Source: Capsulimonadaceae bacterium (lineage in GTDB: Bacteria; Armatimonadota; Armatimonadia; Armatimonadales; Capsulimonadaceae). From it: a stretch of 64,000 bases of DNA. Every line of letters starts with the position of its first letter. Position 1 is the first letter of the stretch. The position numbers and the translations under genes were made by a program. The stretch spans positions 5,024,001-5,088,000 of the forward strand of contig OZ244065.1 of NCBI GenBank assembly GCA_965215505.1, in the 5' to 3' direction. This document shows, piece after piece, positions 20,990 to 27,413 of this stretch. The notes beneath the pieces were generated by a model that did not search any database, was not told where the DNA came from, and was given only the letters and a program-made list of their open reading frames with translations.

Positions 20990-22980
20990 TTGGCTTTGTC
21001 CTCCAGCATGGCCTGGAACTGGGTTTCGGTCAGGACCGAGACGCCCAGCTCGCGCGCCTTAGTCAGCTTGGAGCCGGCCTTGTCGCCCGCTACCAGGTGC
21101 GTGGTCGTCCGGGTGACGCTGCCCGAGGCTTTGCCGCCGCCCTGCATGACCAGGCTCTCGGCCTGCTCCCGCGTGAACAATGTCAAAGCGCCGGTGAAGA
21201 CGAAGGTCTGGCCCTTGAAGCGGTCCGGGCGGAGGGCCGCCCCACCGCCCCCGGCGGCGGCCTGGGTCGCGCCCGCCCCGACCTGCTGCTGCGAGGCCAG
21301 CACGGTGGCGGCCAGGATGTGGGCGCACGGCCCTTTGCGGAGCTTCTCGCGCCGGTGCCAGGCGCAGTCGCAGGTGACGAACAGGGCGCGGCCGTCGGCG
21401 TCCAGGTCCAGCACGACGTGGAACTTGCGTTCCCGCTTCTCCTCGCCGCCGCGCACCTGGGCGCGGTAGCGGGTGGCCGCCTCGCTCGCCGGGGGCAGGC
21501 CGAAGATCTCTTCCTCCTCCTCGCCCGGCTTCAGCCACTTGACCCCGCCGGTGGCAACGAGCCGCCGGGCCAGGAACAGGCGCGGGTCGGATTCTTCTTC
21601 GCTCTCCGCCGGGAACGGCAAAAGCTGCCGCCAGCGGTAGACTCCGTCGGCCAGGTCGTACATCGCCCGTCCCTCGCGGCACAGGCGCTGCAAGGCGGAT
21701 GTCGCCGCCTCGCGCGACAGGTCGGTGTACGACGCCAGCTCCTGCGGCGACAGCCGCAGGCGCGTCTCCAACGCCTGGGCGGCCTGGGCGATGTCCCCCT
21801 CGGAAACCTGACCCGTCGAGGCCAGCAGGTCGAAGCGGGCCGCCCGCGACCAGTCGTTCTTGGTCCAGCCGGACAGCCCTAGATCAAACCGATGCCCCTT
21901 CTGGAAGACCGTCCAGTAGGAGGGCATCCCCGTCCCCAGCAGCCGCGCCTGGACCTTGTCGGCAGTCGGCATCAGAGATTCGAGCGTGAGCAGCCGCCGC
22001 CGCCCCCAGATCCGCACGTCGCCCGTAAAGTCGCCTTCATAGACGTGGTTCGTTTCGGCGATTTCGATGTTCCACGGCTCGACGATGACTTTGGGCTTTT
22101 GGCCCGGCGCGAGAACGAAGCGCAATGAGCGCGGCCCCTGATCCTCGTGGCGGCGGCGCAGGACGGCCAGCATCTCGGCGACCGTGGCGGTGCTCAGGGT
22201 CAGGTCAATGCCGGCAAATGCCGCCGCCGACTGCACCTGCAAGAAGCCGCGCACCCAGGTCGGCGGCAGGTCTATCTTCTTTTCCATGTGCTCGCCCGCG
22301 CCGGTCGCCACCGTCACGCCCCCGCCGCCCACCTGCAAGTAGGCGGGGCGGTAGTCGCGGACGCGGGCGATCTCGTTGGCGAGCGCCTTGCTGTAGTCCA
22401 CGTTCGTCGTGCCGTAGACCGTCTCGCCCATCGTGTCCAGCTTAGACATCGGCACGGTGACGCGCCCGTAGCTGGACTCGTCAATGGAGAAGACTTCAAA
22501 GACGACGCAGTCGGGGTGGACGCTGACGACCGGGTCTAGCACCATCCAGGCATCCTTGTCGTTGTCCCAGAGCCACTTGAAGTAGACGGCGCGGGACTGA
22601 AAAAAGTCCGCGCTCGCAAGCTCTTTCTCCAGGGGCAGCGCTTCGGTGCGGAGCGCCTTGATGCGGGCCTTCAGGCCGTCGCGGCGGTCGTTCAATCCAG
22701 GCATCTGGCGCAGCCGCAGGCCCACCTCGGCCCCCAACTCTTCCAGATACCGCTGCTGCACCCACTCCTGGTAGGCGGTGTGGTCTTTCGGTTTGGCCCG
22801 GTGGTCGCCGGACACGACGGCGTACAAAGCCAGCATGACGCGGGCATAGGCGAGGCTGTCTTTGACCAGGGCGCTGAGGGCAACCGGTGGGCGGGACAGC
22901 TCTGCGGCCACGTCAAGCCGCATCCCGTCGGGGCTGAGGACGCCGCCGCTGGGGCGGGCATAGGACTGTGTGACTTCCAT
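20986..22980 (-). CDS. SWIM zinc-finger protein with C-terminal BRCT domain (retron-associated)
   Basis: CDC...GPCAH SWIM motif; FKGQTFVFTG...GGKASGSVTRTTTHLVAGDKAGSKLTKARELGV is a ligase-type BRCT. Overlaps the RT start by 4 nt. Confidence 0.85.
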   Translation of the reverse strand: MEVTQSYARPSGGVLSPDGMRLDVAAELSRPPVALSALVKDSLAYARVMLALYAVVSGDHRAKPKDHTAYQEWVQQRYLEELGAEVGLRLRQMPGLNDRRDGLKARIKALRTEALPLEKELASADFFQSRAVYFKWLWDNDKDAWMVLDPVVSVHPDCVVFEVFSIDESSYGRVTVPMSKLDTMGETVYGTTNVDYSKALANEIARVRDYRPAYLQVGGGGVTVATGAGEHMEKKIDLPPTWVRGFLQVQSAAAFAGIDLTLSTATVAEMLAVLRRRHEDQGPRSLRFVLAPGQKPKVIVEPWNIEIAETNHVYEGDFTGDVRIWGRRRLLTLESLMPTADKVQARLLGTGMPSYWTVFQKGHRFDLGLSGWTKNDWSRAARFDLLASTGQVSEGDIAQAAQALETRLRLSPQELASYTDLSREAATSALQRLCREGRAMYDLADGVYRWRQLLPFPAESEEESDPRLFLARRLVATGGVKWLKPGEEEEEIFGLPPASEAATRYRAQVRGGEEKRERKFHVVLDLDADGRALFVTCDCAWHRREKLRKGPCAHILAATVLASQQQVGAGATQAAAGGGGAALRPDRFKGQTFVFTGALTLFTREQAESLVMQGGGKASGSVTRTTTHLVAGDKAGSKLTKARELGVSVLTETQFQAMLEDKAK

Positions 22981-23074
22981 AGGTGATGCTCCCGAAAAAG
23001 AACCATGCCATGAATGGCACGGCTATTCGGCCTTCGGCCAAGAAGTACCGCTTCGCGGCACTGGAAAGGGGTTT

Positions 23075-26000
23075 TCACCCGCCGGCCACGCCGGTGACGG
23101 TGAATCCTTCGATCTCCTGCCCGGACAGCGCGAGCCGGGCGAGCTGGCCCAAGGCCCATTCCGCGTCGCGGGGTGTCCGGCTGCGGGCCAGGGCCAGCAG
23201 GGTGGGGACGTCCACGGTCGGCTCGGCCGTCAGGCGGGCCTTCACCTGCTCCTTGGCGCGGCGGGCGGTGTGCCGCGCCCGCAGCACCTCGCCGTCGAAC
23301 TGGGCGGTGCCGACGGGGCGGCTGGACGAGTGGGACAAAAGCTCGGCGGCGAATGCCTGCATGTCTGGGTGGAAGTTTTCGAATAGCGCCCGCAGCAGCT
23401 CCTCCTGGGGCAGCGTCTCCCACCGGGCCGTCACAAACGTGCGGCCTTGGGCGCGGACGGGGGCCAGCGGGCTGTCGCACAGGGCGAGGGCGTAGCCGCG
23501 CTCGCCCGTGTCGCCAGATGGCAGGGACGTGAAGAACGCGCCGCCGACCTCCACCGAGGCGGGCAGGCTGGACTCCAGGAGCCGGAGGGCGAAAGGCAGG
23601 TCCAGGCCCAGGGCGCGTACCCGGCCCAAGGCCCAGGTGCGGACGGCGGGCAGGACGTGGGTGGCGGCCTGAAGCAGCAGGGGCGAGTTCGCCGTGAAGA
23701 GCGCCTCGCGCGCCCGCGCCCACCGGCCCAGGATGGCGTCAAAGGCCGGTTCACGGACGGACAGCAGGCCCAAATCATCTACGCCTATCAGCGTGTCCGC
23801 GATCTCTAAGTCTTGGAGCAGGCGTCGTTCCAGGCGGCCCTCGGCGTCCACAGCCAGGGCGGACGGGGCGGCGTTCCAGAAAGCGGCGAGGCCGATGCCC
23901 GCGCGCAAATGGTCCCGGAGGAACGGGCGGAAGTCCGGCCAGCGGTCGTCGGGGACGGCGGCGATGAGGCTCAGGGCGACCGAGACGGGCAGACTGGGCA
24001 GGATCGCCGCGAAGGTCTCGGGCGACAGCAGGGCGGCGAGGAACGGCCGGTCGCGCAGGAGGTCGGCGATGTCCTGCGGGGACAGGCCCGCCCGCGCCAG
24101 CCCGGCCAGGGCGGCGGCTGAGGACATGGCCGTCCGCAAGGGCGGCGTCTCCTGCGGGCTGTCCAGCAGGCCCGTCCAGAGCGTGCGGAAGACAGCTCCG
24201 CCCGTGGCGCTCGCTGCCAGCAGTTGCCAGCCCGATGCCCGGACGAACTCGTCCCCGAAGTTCAGGACCAGAGCCTGGGCCTCGGCATGCGTGAACGCCT
24301 GCGACCCCAGGCCCTCCGCCAGTGCCGTCACGACACGCTCCTGCTGGGCTGCGGACACGGACTGGAGGGTCTGGAGCCAGCCCAGTGCCTCGGACGGCGT
24401 CACGCGCCTGGCTTGGGCCAGAACGAGGGCGGTCAGTCCGGGCCGGTCGGCGTTCAGCAGCGGGGCCGCCATCGCGCGGACAAGCGCGTCCGGGAAGAGG
24501 GCGGGGAAGCGCCGGGCGATCATCTCGCAGGCCGCCGCGTGACGTCGGGGAAGCCGCCCGCCGACGAGGCTCAGGCTCGCCAGGTCGAGCGCCTGGCTTG
24601 CGAAGGCCCGGTTCCAGTCCTCGCGCCGGTCATGCCGGTCCAGGGTGGCCTCGATGACGCGCCGCAGCCGCCCGCCGGATTTGACGTAGGCGGTCGCGGC
24701 GGTCCGGGGGTCTATGTCCCAGCCGTTCTCCAGATGGGCGGCGAGGGGACGGAGGGCAAAGTGGACCAGCAGGGGTGACGGGCTGGCGATGAACCCCGCC
24801 AGCGCCTCCTCCGAAGGGGCCGGCAGGGGACCGCCCAAGGCGAACAAGATTTTCAGCATCGCCTCGTGGACGGGCCACGGCAGGGCTGGGTCGAGCAGCA
24901 GGGCGGCGGCGGCCTCGGGGTGGCGGCCCCACGCCTCGGGTGCCCGCTCCTCGCGCGTCCGCAGGCGGAGGCGAGCGGGTCGGGTGGGGGTGAGCGGGCC
25001 GCGCCCGTGCCGCCCCTGGGCGTAGCGGTCCGAGCCGCCGTACAGGATGTCGGCCAGCACCCACTGCCGGGCCGCGTCAAAGGCGGCATCATTGTCCGGG
25101 CGGGCGGCGGCTAGGGTGGCGGCGGCAAGCGGGACATAAGCGTCGGGGTTCGTTTTCGCAAAAACGCGCAGTGCGCGGCGGATGCGTCGCTTCATGTAGC
25201 CCAAAGTCGCCCCGCTCGGCGGCATCCCGATGCGGGCGGGCTTGGCCGGGTTGACCAGGCTATACAAGTCCATCCCGTCGTAGGAAGTACCCACATACGC
25301 CCTGTCCTCCGACACAACGATCCCGGTGGCAAACTGAGTGCTGAACTGCCCCGCCAGGATGGGTGTATCCGGGCGGCTGATGTCCACGACCTGCGGGGGG
25401 CCGTACTGGACCGTCAGGTAGGCGAAATCGCCGTGGAGGGTGATGGATTGCGGCGCGTAATAGCGCATCGCTAGGAACCCGCGCTTCCAGGGCCGGGCGG
25501 GGTCGGACACGTCCACGACGTGCAGGCCGGGGGCACCGCTCGGGCCGTCCCGGTCTACGCCCACGAAGGCGAGTGATCCGCGCAAGGCGACGGCGGTCGG
25601 GTTAGTGAAGGGCAGGGTGCCAAGCAGACGGGGCCTCCGCGGGTCAGAGACGTGGACGAGGGACAGGCCGCCCGCGTTGGGGATCTGGCCCCACCGGAAC
25701 CGGGTCTCGCCCGACGTGACGACGGCCAAGGTGCCGTCGCAGGCGACATGCTGGGCGTCTTTGATCTCCAGTTCGCCCGCGATCCGGGGCTGGTCGGGGT
25801 CCGTCAGGTCCAGAACGCGCAGGCCGCTTAGTGTGCTTTTCTGGCCCTGAGCCGTCGTGTAACTCTGGCCTTGAACGGCGGCGTAAACATACGGGAAAGC
25901 GCCGACGGCCCGCGCCTGCCCGCCGATGGCGAGTGTTCCTCGCCAGCGGGGGCCGCCGGGACTGGTGGGATCAAAGATGCTGAGGAGGCGATCATCCCGC

Positions 26001-26449
26001 CCGCCGCCCAGGGGGCAGACGAAGGGGCCGCAGGCAGTCAGCGAGGCCGCGCCGGGCATCTCCACGCTGCCCAGAACAGTCGGGTGGAGAGGGTCGGCGG
26101 GGTCAAACTCGTAGCCGGCTAGCTTCTGCGTGCGGCTGGAGTCGTTGAGCAGGCAGTAGACCCGCCGCCCCGCCACGGCGAGGCTCCCGACGCCGCGCAC
26201 GCCCGGCTCCAGGGCGACGGGCAGAGCGGGAGCGGAAGAAGACAGCGGCACGGCGTCCATCCGGGCGGCCAGCGCGCCGAACAGGGCGGGGTCAGCAAGG
26301 GGGTTCGTTTCGACACTTTTATACAGCCGCTTGAGCCGCCCCCAGGTCCCATAGGCCAGCGGCGTGTCGCGGGCGAACGCGGCGAGCGCCTGACGGTCGG
26401 CCTCGGAGGCGGGCGGGTAGGGGAAAGCATCGGGATCAGGCGGGGGCAT
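23075..26449 (-). CDS. Large ARM/HEAT-like helical protein with inserted LVIVD-repeat beta-propeller (retron-associated)
   Basis: Repeats GLRVLDLTDPDQP, GLSLVHVSDPRRP, GLHVVDVSDPARP, VVDISRPDTP at about aa 75-410; the rest is Leu/Ala-rich and helical with LCDSP and DAEWAL near the C-terminus. Confidence 0.8.
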   Translation of the reverse strand: MPPPDPDAFPYPPASEADRQALAAFARDTPLAYGTWGRLKRLYKSVETNPLADPALFGALAARMDAVPLSSSAPALPVALEPGVRGVGSLAVAGRRVYCLLNDSSRTQKLAGYEFDPADPLHPTVLGSVEMPGAASLTACGPFVCPLGGGRDDRLLSIFDPTSPGGPRWRGTLAIGGQARAVGAFPYVYAAVQGQSYTTAQGQKSTLSGLRVLDLTDPDQPRIAGELEIKDAQHVACDGTLAVVTSGETRFRWGQIPNAGGLSLVHVSDPRRPRLLGTLPFTNPTAVALRGSLAFVGVDRDGPSGAPGLHVVDVSDPARPWKRGFLAMRYYAPQSITLHGDFAYLTVQYGPPQVVDISRPDTPILAGQFSTQFATGIVVSEDRAYVGTSYDGMDLYSLVNPAKPARIGMPPSGATLGYMKRRIRRALRVFAKTNPDAYVPLAAATLAAARPDNDAAFDAARQWVLADILYGGSDRYAQGRHGRGPLTPTRPARLRLRTREERAPEAWGRHPEAAAALLLDPALPWPVHEAMLKILFALGGPLPAPSEEALAGFIASPSPLLVHFALRPLAAHLENGWDIDPRTAATAYVKSGGRLRRVIEATLDRHDRREDWNRAFASQALDLASLSLVGGRLPRRHAAACEMIARRFPALFPDALVRAMAAPLLNADRPGLTALVLAQARRVTPSEALGWLQTLQSVSAAQQERVVTALAEGLGSQAFTHAEAQALVLNFGDEFVRASGWQLLAASATGGAVFRTLWTGLLDSPQETPPLRTAMSSAAALAGLARAGLSPQDIADLLRDRPFLAALLSPETFAAILPSLPVSVALSLIAAVPDDRWPDFRPFLRDHLRAGIGLAAFWNAAPSALAVDAEGRLERRLLQDLEIADTLIGVDDLGLLSVREPAFDAILGRWARAREALFTANSPLLLQAATHVLPAVRTWALGRVRALGLDLPFALRLLESSLPASVEVGGAFFTSLPSGDTGERGYALALCDSPLAPVRAQGRTFVTARWETLPQEELLRALFENFHPDMQAFAAELLSHSSSRPVGTAQFDGEVLRARHTARRAKEQVKARLTAEPTVDVPTLLALARSRTPRDAEWALGQLARLALSGQEIEGFTVTGVAGG

Positions 26450-26504
26450 GGGTCTCGCTCCAAGCCCTGCGGCGGGCCGTTAGGAAAGCGTCTTCGGAAA
26501 AGGC

Positions 26505-26752
26505 GTTGTCAGCCGGGGGTCGAATATCGCTACTAAACAAGAAGGGACCGGGCGCGGCCACTGTAGGCGCGACACCGGGGGTAGCCCCCATCTCGTTGGT
26601 GGGCCACGCCGACTCAGCGGCGGCGAGATGGGGGCTACCCCCGGTGTCGCGCTGAGTAGAGACGTGCGCCGGTGATGTGAAGGCCGCTTCACGGCAGCCA
26701 CGGCGAAACGCCGCAGACGGATTGCTAACGCCATCACCCCCAGACTGACAAC
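26505..26752 (-). ncRNA. Retron msr-msd RNA
   Basis: Terminal inverted arms 26505-26532 and 26726-26752 pair up to a TTAGC G (26725). Two short msr hairpins and a perfect 29-bp msd stem (26567-26595 with 26624-26652). Confidence 0.8.
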
Positions 26753-26759
26753 TGAGGAT

Positions 26760-26788
26760 AGTATATCACGTCAGGGCGGTGTTGGCAA
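26760..26788 (-). promoter_or_regulatory. Sigma70 promoter of the retron operon
   Basis: TTGCCA-17 nt-TATACT with extended -10 TG; the predicted start about 7 nt downstream coincides with the 5' arm of the ncRNA. Confidence 0.75.
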
Positions 26789-26840
26789 CTGGTGGGTGTG
26801 GTTGTGAAAGGGCGGTTTTTGGGAATTCTCATGTGGTGAG

Positions 26841-26874
26841 AAAAAGCGGGCCGGGGAACCCCGGCCCGCTTTTT
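26841..26874. terminator. Bidirectional intrinsic terminator
   Basis: AAAAAGCGGGCCGGGG-AA-CCCCGGCCCGCTTTTT downstream of ORF 26891..27190; separates it from the retron promoter. Confidence 0.8.
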
Positions 26875-26890
26875 GGCTGCGCTCTCTAAG

Positions 26891-27190
26891 TCAGCGCTCT
26901 TCCGCTGGGGTCGGCGCGTTGACCGGGGTTCCCAGGTCGTCGTGGGAGCGGTCCGTCTTGGTGCCGCTCATCTGGACCGAGGTTCCATCCTGCCGCTGGT
27001 CATTGCGGAGGGCATCCCCGGTCGTGTCCTGGGACTGGGCGCGCGGCGTGTTGGTGGGTTTTGCGGCCGCCTCGTTCCGGTCGCCGCTGCCGTGCGTCAG
27101 CCGCTGCTCCCCCTCGCCGTCCGCCTGTGCCTGCCGGATCTTGTCGTCATCGGGCGTGTTCCGGTCCTGATCGCCTATCGCTTCTGCCAT
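26891..27190 (-). CDS. Small hydrophilic, probably disordered protein
   Basis: 99 aa, D/T/Q/R-rich; AGGAGAGG RBS and downstream terminator. Confidence 0.65.
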   Translation of the reverse strand: MAEAIGDQDRNTPDDDKIRQAQADGEGEQRLTHGSGDRNEAAAKPTNTPRAQSQDTTGDALRNDQRQDGTSVQMSGTKTDRSHDDLGTPVNAPTPAEER

Positions 27191-27292
27191 GGTGTGTTCC
27201 TCTCCTGAGTTCTCTGCCTCCGTCTTACCGCTGGGCGGCGGGCGCTAAACCGGGCAGGCTGCTTTGGTTGGTCTGGAAGAGGGGCGGGTAAG

Positions 27293-27386
27293 CCCCCCGC
27301 CCCCAATTCTGGGGGAGCCAGAAGGGGGCGGGAAAGGGAGGGCGAAGGGGAAGGGAGGGAAGGGCGAACACAAGGTTCGCCCCTAC
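27293..27386. repeat. REP-like palindromes (CCCCCAATTCTGGGGG family and a GTAG-type REP)
   Basis: CCCCCAATTCTGGGGG also occurs twice at 43791-43836; GGGCGAAC-ACAAG-GTTCGCCC followed by CTAC at 27362-27386. Confidence 0.65.
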
Positions 27387-27413
27387 ATGATACACTCCCG
27401 GAGGCGGGGGCAC

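Noticed and set aside
26480-26737. 85-aa ORF in the ORF track
   Set aside because: It lies entirely within the structured ncRNA, has no convincing RBS and has non-protein-like composition.
26841-26874. Hairpin as part of the retron RNA
   Set aside because: It is upstream of the promoter and has A/T tails typical of an intrinsic terminator.
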